Below are positions 39,654 to 53,200 of a stretch of DNA of 64,000 nucleotides, piece by piece. Position 1 is the first letter of the stretch; the number at the start of each line of letters is the position of its first letter. The position numbers and the translations under genes were made by a program. Under the pieces are notes generated by a model, which saw nothing but the letters and a program-made list of their open reading frames with translations, did no database searches and had not been told where the DNA came from. This DNA is from Takakia lepidozioides (taxonomy: Eukaryota; Plantae; Bryophyta). The stretch is taken from NCBI GenBank assembly GCA_030704615.1, contig CM060731.1, forward strand, positions 2,418,001-2,482,000, given 5' to 3'.

Positions 39654-40318
39654 GTTGTCGTGCGCATACATATCGCTACACAACTACATCGCTGTCCAAA
39701 ACCACACAACACATGTGCACGCCACACATTAGTATATCACTAGTCCAACCACTAGGCTACAACTAGTCAGTCACTAGGCTGCCACTATGCTGCCCACTAT
39801 GGCAGTCACTAGTCCACTACAATAAGAATACAAACACAAGCTCATGCGAGCTCACAAAGCTGAAGCATAAACTCATGCATATATAACCTCATCACTCACA
39901 TACAAGTCAAGCCAAGTGCACCCCACGCCATGGGGAATCCACACTACGGCGCCATAGCTAGGCGCAGTGAGGCTCAACTCGAGAAAGATGAGCCTCCTGC
40001 GCTTGCCGTGAAAAAAACCACTCTAGGGCTAAATCTGCCTTGACCCCTGGATTGACACTTGGGCCAATCCCAAATGTCAATATGTGAAAGCTAGCTATTT
40101 TCTAGCTAGTTTCACACTAGTGGTAAAATAACTTGACAGCTGTCGTGCGCATACATATCGCTACACAACTACATCGCTGTCCAAAACCACACAACACATG
40201 TGCACGCCACACACTAGTATACCACTAGTCCACCACTAGTCCAACCACTAGGCTACAACTAGTCAGTCACTAGGCTGCCACTATGCTGCCCACTATGGTA
40301 GTCACTAGTCCACCACAA
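39654..40318 (+). repeat. Direct repeat of about 170 bp upstream of the Gypsy extra ORF
   Basis: TGTCGTGCGCATACATATCGCTACACAAC...CACTAGTCCAC at about 39656 and about 40141. Confidence 0.85.
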
Positions 40319-40564
40319 TCGCCCCCCTAGCTGGTGCTTAGGTCCCTCTAAGTCCAGGTAGCCACAAGATATGACAGTGACCGTAGCCTCACTAAGTCCT
40401 CCACCACTGTCCCTACTACACTCAAACTCGATAGATCAAGAGGCCGGGTGCAAGAGTTGCCCCATCGTTAGTCGCCGTCTTGCAACCTGTGAACTTGAGC
40501 CTGAGATCTCGTGTATTGACTCCTATGAGCTTGGTCTCCCATGTCTTGTTAGCTGCCTCTAGTC

Positions 40565-42886
40565 ATGTCCACTGCCACTATCCCAAGCACTGTGGACACA
40601 ACCAATCTCCGTCAGGAACCTTCTCAAGAGGTGGTGTCAAGCATCCCATATGCCAACCTCTTGAGCATCGATCACACACCAGCATGGTGGTTGCCCCTTT
40701 GGCAGACCCACAGAGCATGCACCTCAAACCTGCAGGTACCACCGCCAAGTTTGGGTCAACTCTGCCATCAACATTGGGAAGGTGACATGGCGTACAATTA
40801 CGTCACTCTCAAGATGAAGCAGGACTTGGGCAATACAGAAATGGCTTTGCAATTGGCCAAGCAACAATTGATTGAGGCAGGCCTCGCGCAAGACCAGTTG
40901 CACGAAGCACATAAGCAACAGCTATACCAAATGCAGGTGCAGCATGAAAGCAAGTTGCAAGAACTGAATGCACTACATACGGAGTTGCAGATAGTGCATA
41001 ACAGGATGGCGATACAATGTGCTACATTTACAACTATGCTTGACCAATCAACAAAAGAAATAAACAGTCAAGCGGAAAAATGTACGAAGGCAGAAGAAGA
41101 GAATGTTGAGCAAATGAAGCTCATTGTCGATATGAAGAATACAATCTGTCGCAATGAAGATACTTTCAAGCAATACAGGCAGATGGAAGCTGATCAAGAG
41201 AAACACATCGTGGAGTTGCAACAAACCATCATGGCCAATAGAAATGAAATCGCGGTCAATAACAAGGCTTGGAAGGAAGCCAATAATCTACTTGCTGCTT
41301 ATGCGCAATTGGTTGAACCACAGGCGAAGCGCATGGAGGCTTTACAACAGCAGTTGGAATTGTACAAGCTAAGAGAGGAGCAAACTCTCAGGGGAACCAC
41401 AAGCAGCTTGGTGGATAACAGCCTTATGCAGGTCTGGTTAGCACAAGGGCCAGTAGAGGGCAAAGCCCCACAGAAGCTCACCCAAAGCGAGATGAATGAG
41501 CTCAGACTGCACGTGCAGAACATTGCCACAACTACTATAGACAATGTCTATACTAGGATAGCAGAGTTACAAGAGGATGTAGACGGACTCCAGACTCAAG
41601 TGGAAGACCTCACTTCAAACATCGACCAAAGAGTCTATATCCCTCAGGAACAGCTAATGGCTTCTTATTTACAAGCCAGAACTTTGGCTTTTCAGTCTTC
41701 ACAGGAGGTGCAGGAGATGCCAATGATACAAGAGCCAGTACCACCACCACCACAACAAGTCACTGTACCAGTAGCTGAACCTGTGGTTACTACAACCACA
41801 CCACAGCCACCATAGCCGGAGGTATGGGGCAATGCCGCTTTTAACCCACCTAAAACTCCAGCTGCAAGGGAGTACAGCAGGGCTATGCTTATGCCCTTCA
41901 ACCAAATTCCCATCATGTTGGATTTGGCTTGGAAAGAATTTAGTCCTCCGCAATCATTCGCACATTACTACCAAATCATGCGTATTTGGCTGCCAGTGGC
42001 AACTAGGACTAAAGTTCTTCCAAACAATCGACATATTGAAGATCATCACTTTGCACAATACTGGCACGAGGCAGGTACCATGTTGAGGGAATTGGTTGCT
42101 TTCCAGGTTGTACATGGACTCATTTATACCAAGACCAAGGAGATAGCAAGTATTGTCATGGGGTGCGGGCTATACTACGCTGCTTGTTTTCTGGTACGTT
42201 ACCACATTGAGCAACAAAAGATGCAAACACGTTTTCAAAGTTATTCCAGTGGAGATCATTGGGTATTACCTTCGGTGCCACCTCATATGTACCTATATGA
42301 CCCAAAAGTTATGATGCAAAAGGATTCTCAAATTCGTTCATGGTTTCAAGCAGCCTGCAACCATTTGTCAACACAGAAATTCGGACTTGATGACATTTTC
42401 TATAAGGGACATGTGGCATGGAAGTACTTGCACGCTGCACCAGTAATTGGTACCCCACTCACCTGGACAGACAAGGAGCTCAGTGTCTACACCAATTTTG
42501 CTGTTCAGCGGTTACACCAAGTTGTAAAATGCAAACTTCCAGACATGGTAGGACAGCATTGTATGCCCCAGATGATTCCACAAAAGGTTCAAAAATTAAA
42601 ACATCTAAGAGGTGATGAGGATTCTAATACAACTGTTTCTTCACAGAATTCTTTTGACATGGGAGAAGACTATGCAATTCAGATGGCAGAAAAGAAGCGA
42701 CGGGGGTCTCCTATGCCGGAAAGGTTACCTCGATATCAGCCTCCAGAGGGCCTCACTTATCCAGGTAGTAATCAACCATCTCCGTCAACCAGAGACAGAC
42801 CTCGGGCTCGTACACACAGTCCGCCACGAAACTCTCAACGTCAACAAGGTGCTCACTCACAAAGGTTTGCTACTCGGAAACAGTAA
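40565..42886 (+). pseudogene. Extra ORF of about 773 codons just upstream of a Gypsy PPT and 3' LTR; coiled-coil-rich N-terminal half; one in-frame TAG
   Basis: ORFs 40565-41815 and 41885-42886 are in the same frame, separated only by TAG at 41813-41815. The ORF ends about 20 bp before the PPT. Confidence 0.7.
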
Positions 42887-42924
42887 ACCGTGAGGACACG
42901 GCTTTTTGAGGGGGGAAGGGGTAA

Positions 42925-44049
42925 TGTTAGAGGACTGTAGGGGACTTAGACACTTATACGGGATCTGTAGGGTACCCTTAATTTTTGCACAGACTGAGAC
43001 CAACAGGAGCCTTAGGGGTGACAGCAGCGCACTGTAGAGGGGGGTTACACAGCCCGTCACAGTCGTCACAGTAGACACAGCCAACACAGCCCGTCACAGT
43101 CGTCACAGTAGACACAGCCAACACAGCCCGTCACAGTCGTCACAGTCGACACAGCCAACACAGCCCGTCACAGTCGTCACAGTCGACACAGCCAACACAG
43201 CCCGTCACAGTCGTCACAGCCGACACAGCCAACACAGCCCGTCACAGTCGTCACAGCAGACACAGCCAACACAGCCCGTCACAGTCGTCACAGCAGACAC
43301 AGCCGACACAGCCACACAGCCACACAGCCAGTCACAGCCCGACACAGCCAAACACAGTCGCACAGCTAGTCACAGCCCGTCTCAGTTTCACACAGCCAGT
43401 CACAGCTTGACACAGCTGTCACGATCATAGGGAACGAAGAGTAGGACAGGGAACGACTGTGGGGAACAACACCTGCGAAGGGAACATGTTAGTTCACAGA
43501 CGACGGTTAGTGAGGAAAATGGTTAGAACCGCGGATAGGAAGATAAAGGGGGACTTCGGGGGAAGATGAGGATCATTATTCGGAGGAGGACTTCTTAGTC
43601 AGGCTGGAGCGGAGATCGGAAGCAGAGATGGAGAGCACGGTGAAGGAGGAAAGAGGATTAGTAGATGCTTGTTATATGCAAAGCTGTAGTGATATTGTAG
43701 AGCAGATTAGAGACACAATGGCTTCGGCCTGATACCTGATAAATCATAATCTGATACTTATACGATACAATCACACTGTGTAGAGAGATCTGAGTGAAGC
43801 TGTGGATTGAATGGATGAGTGAAGGAAACCGATAGATTGATGAAGCAAACTGATACTTAATTATCAATGGTAAGATAGTTAACATGAATACCATAAGGGA
43901 AACAAATAGGAAACAACCCCATGATACACTAGCTGTAGGTCATGACTGATTGTTCTGCGCGGGCTGAGTACTTAGAGATTTCCAACTCTTCAATCTTGGA
44001 GTTTTCGCCTCGAATAGCGAAGGGATGGGTGAGTAAAAGCCGCGCGACA
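42925..44049 (+). mobile_element. Gypsy-type 3' LTR containing a 37-bp minisatellite
   Basis: Preceded by PPT GAGGGGGGAAGGGGTAA. TG...CA ends. CACAGCCCGTCACAGTCGTCACAGTAGACACAGCCAA repeats span 43047-43415. Confidence 0.75.
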
Positions 44050-44294
44050 AAGGGTCAAAAAATTCGCATTAAGTTGGCCACTGACACGCCAATCTTTCGG
44101 AGACCCTATAGATATAGAGACATGGAGAGGTCCTTGATTCAGATGAGGACTCAGGACCTCTAGGAGGCTGGTTTGGTGGAGCTATCTGGTGGAGAGTATG
44201 CCAAGAAGGATATCTATGGCAATTGGATGGAGAGACGTATGTGCGGGGATCACCAACCTGTAAATCGTCAGACCAAGTCCAATAGGTATGTCAT
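44050..44294 (+). pseudogene. Gypsy reverse transcriptase N-terminal fragment
   Basis: PIFRRPYRY..GLVELS.GEYA..KKDIYGNWMERRMCGD..PVNRQT. Confidence 0.8.
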
Positions 44295-44944
44295 TGTCGC
44301 GCGGCTTTTACTCACCCATCCCTTCGCTATCCGAGGCGGAAACTCCAAGATAGAAGAGTTGGAAATCTCTAAGTACTCAGCCCGCGCAGAACAATCAGTC
44401 ATGACCTACAGCTAGTGTATCATGGGGGTGTTTCCTATGCGTTTCCCTTTCCGCATTCATCTTAGCTACTTTTGGCATTGATAATTAAGTATCAGTTTGC
44501 TTCATCAATCTATCGGTTTCCTTCACTCATCCATTCAATCCACAGCTTCTCTCAGATCTCTCTACACAGTGTGATTGTATCGTATATGTATCAGATTATG
44601 ATTTATCAGGTATCAGGCCGAAGCCATTATGTCTCTAATCTGCTCTCCAATATCACTACAGCTTTGCATATAACAAGCATCTACTAATCCTCTTTTCTCC
44701 TTCATCGTGCTCTCCATCTCTTGCCTCCGATCTCCGCTCCAGCCTGACTCCGAAGTCCTCCTCCGAATAATGATGATCCCCCTTCATTCCCCGTTTCTCC
44801 CTTTATCCTCCTATCCGCGGTTCTAACCGTTTCCCTCTCTAACCGTCGTCTGTGAACTAACATGTTCCCTTCACAGGTGTTGTTCCCCACAGTCGTTCCC
44901 TGTCCTACTCTTCGTTCCCTATTATCGTGACAGCTGTGTCAAGC
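44295..44944 (-). mobile_element. Inverted, 5'-truncated second copy of the LTR
   Basis: Reverse complement of 43405-44049 with high identity. Confidence 0.9.
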
Positions 44945-47296
44945 GGTGGTAATCTCCGCTCTGGACTGGCATATTACTTCAACCAAAGTCCCTTCATTAC
45001 TCTGCATGTCTGCAGCTTCTTTCTTCCCTTTATCCTCACTCACTTCCTCTTCTCTTTCAGAATCACAGGAATCTGCCATAGGAATATCAGTACTCTTCTG
45101 CATTTCTCTTATGGTATCTGCCACTTCCTTGTGCAGTTCCTTCTCATCTCTCCAAGCCTCATTATCTTCAGGCACATCACTGCCATCTTCATTATCATCA
45201 TCTTCCTCATCTACTGGAGGTATTAGTTTGGCTTTGCTTCTCGTTACTATCATTGTACTTACTTCTGGTACAACACATGGCCTAACCATGTGAGCTGCCA
45301 CCACTGGCCCCTCATTCACAGGAGCTCTCATCTCATTCTGGTGTCTGATCCAGAATGGACAGGCTGCCTTGCGATGGCCTGCCTGATTACAATAGTAACA
45401 CCGTTCTTCCCCATTAGGTCCTCGCCCTTGGTTTGTTCTGGAATTGTTTCTGTAATCCTGATTCCCTGGCTGGTAATTCCCCCTTGGATTACCCTGATAG
45501 TTGCCTCTGGAATTTCCTTGGTAATTCCCTCTTGGATTACCTCTTCCTTCCATGCCATTGTTATAACCACCAGGCTTACCATAGTGGTCCTAATCATTGT
45601 TTCTTCTTGGCTGGGGCTGCACTTGATGCACCCTTACTTGCCTAGGTTCTCTAGCTGCTGTCCTTCTGTTGTAGTAACAATTCTCAGTAGAATGGTTATC
45701 CATTTTACAGATAGTACAGTGTTTCTCCTTCATGTGGCATTCAGTGGTGGTATGGCCTTCATTCTGGCACTTTGCACACCAAACACCCTTCCTCCAATGT
45801 GTTGCAGCCTCTGTGGCATACTTCTTCAAGATTTCTTCTAATCTTTTTTCATAGTTATCCCTCTTCAACTTCTCCTTCCTCTTACTCTTCCTTTTCAGCT
45901 CTTGCTCTTCTTCCTCATCTGACTCATCCTCAGAGTCCTCATCATCCCTTTTCTCTCTCCTGAGCATTCCCAATTGCTCAATTATGTTCGTTGTTTCAAA
46001 TGCCTCCTCCACTGTATTATGGGGTAACATATCCACTTTCTTTTGCAACTCTGGTCTTAGTCCACTCACAAACCAAGTCTTCTGTAAACCTGGTGCTGGT
46101 ACAGCAGCCAGCTTTTTCATCATCAATTCCATCTTTTCCATATACTCCTCAACAGTTTCATGCTTCTTTTGCTTTAACTGTTGTAAACTTCCATACACTT
46201 CATCCTCAGTTTTACTTGTCCTGAACCTATTTCGGAATGTTGTATTCAAGCCATTCCAGGTTATGAAATGATTATCAGGGAATCTTGCATACCATTCACT
46301 TGCTTTCTTTATAAGTGAACGAGGAAACAGTCTCATCTTGGCATCATCGCCATTCTCATTGTTCACAATACACATGTGCTCAAATTGGCTAATGTGTACA
46401 TCATGATCCCCTTTTCTTGAATATATTGGAAAAGGTGGTTTTGCCCGTGTTGGTTGTAACGCCATCTGTGGCCCTACCTTCTGCCCACTGACAGATGCTG
46501 GCCCCCTTGTTGGTGCTGGTCATTGAGGACCTGTTGTAGTTGTGGAGGAACTTCCACCAAGTGGTGGCCCCTGAGCACTCCCTGCTACTGGCCCCACTAT
46601 ATTCACAGTATTCCCAACTCCAGTTGCACTACTTCCCACACTCCCTGTCCCCCCAGAGCCAGATCCAGGCTGCTCGCCTGATCCCCCTGAGCCGACACCT
46701 TCGTTGGCCTGTGATCCAAGTGCTCTACTTGATCCAGGTCCAACGGGTTGGGATGTCCTAGTTGTAGTCTCAACCTCAGCTGTTGGGTCTACTTCTTCAT
46801 ACTCTTCCTCTTCCAATTTCTTCTCTCTGTTTTCATCCCCCAAGTTCTGCCCTTGGGTTTCTTCTTCACTCATGTAACTCAACTGCAATGGTGTTGGAGA
46901 GTCTGAACTCTCCGTTGGCTCTGCCACATCCTCTCCTCCTTCTTTGTCTTCCGTCTCAGAAACTGGAGTTCCTGCTTTTGGTGTTCCAAGCCAACTCTTA
47001 TCAAAGATTTCTGTCAAATCTTTTATCCAGGGATGTACCTCAGATCTTTCACCTCGTGGTTGATCTTCTTCCTGTACCAATTCCCTTAATCTTTCTTGCA
47101 AAGAAAAAGAAGGAGTGGCATCCAACTCTAGTTCTTCCGGTGTGGGTGATGTACTCTATGATCTTAATGGTGTGAGAGGTCCAGATGATTCCCCTATGTC
47201 TATTCCTCTCTTCCAAAGATATGGATAATTAGCTTTCAGATAACTTTCTATTTTTGCTGAATATCTCTGGAGTCTAGCTTCTCTTTCATCACTCAT
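44939..47296 (-). pseudogene. Gypsy gag with three CCHC zinc knuckles, interrupted by in-frame stops and truncated before the protease
   Basis: ORFs 47125-46520, 46465-45590 and 45553-44939 share one frame. Retrotransposon-gag motifs RLFPRSL..ASEWY..TWNGL..F and LKQKKHETVEEY; knuckles CAKC..GH..EC, CTIC..NH..NC, CYYC..GH..AC. PBS-like TGGCGCATCTGGTGGGA near 47859-47843. Confidence 0.88.
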
Positions 47297-50200
47297 GTCC
47301 CATGTCTTTTATTTCTTTAATGTGGCAATAACCAAAACTCTCTTCTGTAGTATCTCTCATATATGCTTGGGTTTCTTTCAAGCTTCAATGCACCCTTGGC
47401 TATACTAGAAGTCTCCGTTACCATATAACCATATGGCAAACAAGTCTGGAAAGCTGTTCTTGGTGTGAGTTTGATCCACAGAACATCCTTTGGAATCCAA
47501 TTCTTTACCAGTACAAGCTCCTCATGCATATGAGTATAAACATTCACCTTCCTTTCCTCCCAGCCTTCAAACTCTACTCGCTTAATGGATAGCAATGCTA
47601 TCACATAAACCATTGTTGGTAACCAACGTGCTCTTCCTCTACAGGCCACCTGATAAATCTTTATCACTCCTTTCTCCAGACCCCACTCAGGGTTAGCATC
47701 ATGCACTCTCTTAAGAATGTTTTCTTTACAACCGTCTGGCAATTCCAAGAACCTCTGAAAAAATTGTTTGGATAATCTTTCCTTCTCAGTTTCACAGGGA
47801 ATTTGATTCACATCAAATTCTTTAATTCTTCAACCACCATGATCCCACCAGATGCGCCACTTTCCCTTCAACACTTTAGTTTGAATTTTGAATGCAATGA
47901 TCCTCTTCTCCACATGTCGACATTTCGTTGGGTGATTGTAGTCAAGAAGTCATAAGATACAGACGTGAGTATGACTACGCCACTTCCGTTATCACTTTAA
48001 TTAATGCACATGTCGTGTTTTCATTGGTCATGTGTAGTCATGTAGTCATATATGACTAAGTAAGTGACTCCAACTATGACTTCAATGGTTACAAATGTCG
48101 TGTTTTGATTGGGTGTATATTCATAAGATACATACGTAAATATGACTGCATCACTGCAACATCACCGTGCCTCCTATGTCATAATATGAACAAGTGTCAC
48201 ATCGTTGTTGGTCCACTCACAAGATGACTATTGGGATGCAGGGATGTGAATATTCAGATGATGAAGACGAAGGCCCTGCGGCACAGCGGGAGCCCAATGT
48301 CACAGAGAACGCAGATGAGAGTGGTGGATTGGAGGTAGAAATGCAGTGTGCATTGCAGGAAGCGTTTCTCTTTGCAGATGCAAACAGAGAGGACCCCATT
48401 CATGGTGGAACCGATCACACATTTGCCGATCATGACGATGATCTCGACGATTCCGGAGACAATGAATTTGATGAGAATGCTCACCTGCACGTTGATCCCG
48501 AGTATGATAAACTCTTCCGAGCGTCGCAATGTCCACTTTTTGAAGGGTGCTCCATCAGCCGGCTGCAAGCAACTTTGACGTTGCTGAACGCATGCACTAC
48601 CCACAAGTGCACCAATGCATTTGTGGTTGAGCTTCTGGGATTGTTGCGTAAGAGTTTTTTGCCTAAAGAGAATTCATTGCCGAAAACTCATTATGAAGCA
48701 AAAACCATGATTGCCAAGATGGGATTGCAGTACACGATGATTCATGCCTGTGAGCGTGGTTGTGTACTCTTCCGTGGGGAGTATGAGAATGTAGACATTT
48801 GCCCAGTGTGCCGCAGTTCCCATTACATTCCAGGTTGTGGAAGTGTGCCCAAGAAAGTATTGCGACACTTCCCTGTCATTCCAAGGTTGAAACGTATGTA
48901 CCGATGTAAATTGATCGCTAACCTCATGACATGGCACGACAGACATAAGAGCCAGGATGGGTTGGTTCGACATCCAGCTGATAGCAAAGCATGGAGACAC
49001 ATTGACACCACATTTGCGGATTTTGCTGCAGAGCCACGATCTCTGCGATTTGGATTGGCCTTAGACGGTGTAAATCCCTACGGAGCTCAATCCACAAGTT
49101 GGAGCACATGGCCCGTTCTCTTGGTCAATTACAATCTGCCTCCGTGGTTAATGACCAAAAAGTTCTTTGTCATGTTAGCGCTACTGATTCCTGGTAAGGA
49201 GTCTGTTACCTCGGACAACATAGATGTTTACCTGATGCCCCTAGTGGAAGAGCTATTGGAACTATGGAGAGGAATTGCAGCTCATGATGTTTCCCGTCCT
49301 CGTGGTCAACGCGAATTCACACTGAGGGCAGGGTTGATGTGGTCAATCCATGACTACCCTGCATATGGCTTGCTCTCAGGTCAAGTGACGAAAGGTTATG
49401 CTGGTTGTCCAGCTTATGGACCCGGGGTGACTTCACAGTAGTTACACACATGTGGAAAAATTGTTTTCCTAGGCCACCGAAGTTTTTTGGCCCGCAATCA
49501 TCCATATAGAAGGTCAAGAATGTTCAATGGCGCTACTGAGCATGGAACTCCTCCAAAAACGCAGACTGGAACACAAATCAAGGACCTTGCAACAGCTCGC
49601 ACTGCATGGGTGGAAAACGGAGGGACGCCAGATAGCAGGACAGACCCAGCAAAAACTCATGGAGTTAAGCGATTGTCAATTTTATATGTCTTACCTTATT
49701 GGGAGGTAATTCCTTCATGGCCTTTAAATTGGCTGTGTACATTTTTGCGTTTTCTGTTTAAATTGTGATGAGTAAATGCTCAATTGCTTATGTGTTCATT
49801 TTGTAGGGTCTCCTCATCCGCCACACGTTTGACGCAATGCATTGCGAGAAGAACTTGGCTGAAAATATTATTAAAACTATCTTTGGTGAGAAAGACACAT
49901 TGAAAGTTCGCCGTGATTTGGAGCTACTTGGGATGCGCCCGGAATTGTGGCTACAACGTGATCCTGACAGAGCAGATACGTTAATTATGCCTCCTGCCCC
50001 TTATGTCCTCACTGAGGCTGAGTTACAAGTCTTTCTGGAGATTGTGCAGAACTTGAAAGTGCCAACAGGCTACGCATCAGCTTTCAAAAAGCATGTGGTG
50101 AAGAAGAAGTTGTCAGGCATGAAATCACATGACTATCATGTGCTCATGCAGCAAATTATACCGCTTGCTATCCGTGGGCTTATGCCAAGTGGTCCTCGAA

Positions 50201-53200
50201 GGGCCATTTTGCGAGTATGTCGTGTATTTAAGAAGCTGTGTGCAAAAGTGGTGAATCCTGTAGAGTATGAGGAATTGAGAACTGAAGCAGTTCTCACTCT
50301 GTGTCTTATAGAGAAGGAGTTCCCACCATCATTTTTTGATGTGATGACACATCTGGTTGTTCACCTAGTGGATGAGTTGTACTTATGCGGGCCCGTAGCA
50401 TCTCGTTGGATGTACCCCATGGAGCGGGCAATGAAAGATATGAAGGGCTACGTAAGAAACATGGCAAGGCCCGAGGGGAGCATGGTAGAAGGATACCAAT
50501 TTGAAGAAGCATTGGGTTTTTGCACAGAGTATATGGCAGGATTTGATGGAAGTGTACGAAGGGTGTGGGATGCAGATGAGGCAGAATCTGTGGAACGTGA
50601 AGTTGTGGAAGGAAGTTCTAAAGCCCGAAAATTGAATGACCTGTGTGATATTGTACATGAGTACATCATTCAGAACCATCCTCGTCTATCAGTCATGTTG
50701 GGGTAAGAAATCTACTTCATTGACATTCAGATTTCTAAGTTTTAGTCATTTATCATTAGTTGGCATATGGCGTCTTTTCAAATCTCCCACGCCACCTCTG
50801 TCAATCTCCTGGCTGACCCTCGGATTGTGACAGGATATATGAAGCAGAGTCCACACGGATAGAAGCCAGACGACGCTTGTTTCGTGAGGAGCAAGGGCTG
50901 GAAGGCATGAGCAATCCCACGGCAATTCAGTACCCTCCTGATTTGCAGGGATGCCTCGGCGTGAGCCTGGTCACGTGAGCGCGTGAGCGCGTGAGCGCGA
51001 CTGCGCTCACGCCACGTCACCTTGCGCAAATGCCACGTCACGGGTCTCAGTCCACGTCATCACACGTGGAGGCCGAGTCACCACGCACCCAGAAAGAAGT
51101 GGAGTGTATTCCCGCGGATTGGCACCCTTTACCGCGGAAACAAGCTGGACGACATAATAAAAGGCATTGAATAAATGATGGATGAATGTACAGTTGGATG
51201 ATAAACAGATGGATGAGTTTGAAAAATCTATGTAGATGGATGAATGACGGATGGATAAGAGTAAAATGGATGAATGTATAATGGATGTTGAGCAATGACA
51301 AAAATTCATGACAGGAAGATGCATGACCAAATCTTTTGACGAATGCACAAAGTATATGAAATGAGTGTGGAAGGTTTGTGGGGTGGATTAAAGAGTACAG
51401 AGGATGAATGTACAATGGATGTTGTACAAAGGAAGCTTTCATGAATGGAGCACGCATGAATACAGTGTAGATGAATGCACAATGGATATGAGAAGAGTCA
51501 GGAAGGTTTGTGAGATGGATTCATACATATAGCAATGTAAACGAAAGTTGATTCTGTGATTATTATTTGTTCTAAAGGAACAACTACGGTAGAGTAAGGG
51601 GATTCAACGTTTCCAGATAATATGAAAATGAATATTAAAAGAATACAGTTCAGTCTGACTCAGAGTCAGTACAATGTATCCCCTCTTCCTCTGCATCTAA
51701 GTCTAAGTATTTTAGAACACCGGATCCACGCTGGAATACACCTACGGCTGGCCACTAAAAAGTCAGGGGATAGGGACTCGGACGCGTGAAGTGCCATTGC
51801 TTCGGCATAAACAGGGAGCAGAAAATTGGAAAGGGGGCTGTCGAAAACAGACTCGCCAGAAATGACTGTATCTCCTGAAGATCCACCGCTGGCTTTCCTG
51901 AAAGACAGCCTGAAAAAGTTATTACTGTAACTTTGATGTTATCGAGAAATTGAGTATGACTCCCAAAGAGGGTTTAGCACTTACTCACATGAAAAGTCGT
52001 TGTCGACCTGCTTATCTTCGGGATCGTCATCATTTCGAATATGAATCCGATCAGTCTGTGTGCCTGAAGTGGAGCCAGACAAAAGGGGGAGGAGCACTGT
52101 GTTGTAGAGGTCAGAATCACCCTCCATACCAAAAAGGCTTCTTCCGCCTGCCTTGCATGCGTGGTAAGTTGCTCCTGCACCAGACAGGAGAACATAAACA
52201 GTTTGGAGGAGGGGATTTAAGCAGATGAAACTGTTGAAAGGAAACCAATTCGGAAGGGAGAAAACGAACCTGTGGACACAGAAAGATCGACCACCCGTGC
52301 AGAGCGGTGGCTGCATGACTCCAGCAGTATTTGCATGAATGCTGGTGACTTTTCCTTTGCACCTCTCCAGGGAGTGCCATCTGGTCTCTTCAGAGTCTGA
52401 CTGGACTGCATGAAGTTGTACAAAATGTCATCGACATGGGGCTCATAGGGGGGGTTGACGAAACAACCCTGGTCAGAAATCTCAAAGCTGCGGATGGAGG
52501 ATGGTGTCTTTGATGTGCGAATCCTCCGCAGGCAGATCGCCTCGAACATCCTCGTCTGCCAAAGATAGCAGGTTAGTGTGGTAAACACAATCTAAAGTGG
52601 AAGTGTGTACATCGGCTATTCAGAACTCTGACACCAAAAAACCATGAATCGTTGATGATCGGTGTCGATCATAAAACATTCTACTAGAGTGGAGCTGCAG
52701 AGAAAATTGAAACTCATGATCAAAGCATAAGCAGAAGGCAGACGGCATACCAGCTGACCAGGGAAACCGCCTTTCACAAGGTAGAGGCTGTTCACACAAT
52801 TCCATGTGCGCAAAACTTCAAACCCTGAAGACTTGAGGTATGATGCCAATGCCCGACGACTATCATTGTCACATGACTGAAAAAGCAGAAGTGTCCCTGC
52901 ATCAGAGAGGAAATTGTTACAGAACCCGAATACCCAACTCCAGTAGTTGTCCTCGAATTTGTTCCACCCTGGCGTCTTGCCCTTTGGAAGAACTTCTGGT
53001 ACACAGCCTGGCCATCCGGGATGTCGAGAATGACAATGTCGGCCGCATAAGTTTTCTACACACCGCACACGAAGGTGGGACCTGTGCTCACCTGCAACAG
53101 ACATGTTTTTTATAAGAACGATGGCAAGAATGTTTTCAAAGAACGAGACTGAAATACTGCCAACGAAACATTCAGAGAAAAAGGAAAGAAAATGGAATTC

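Noticed and set aside
47863-48240. CACTA left terminus
   Set aside because: Repeats of about 95 bp are present, but no CACTA/CACTG end or TSD could be identified.
50941-50947. 5-bp TSD (ATTTG) with CA...TG termini
   Set aside because: It leaves 5 unexplained bases and breaks the host frame, whereas the 9-bp TSD restores it exactly.
51170-51490. His/Ser-rich ORFs
   Set aside because: They translate a degenerate GGATGAAT simple repeat.
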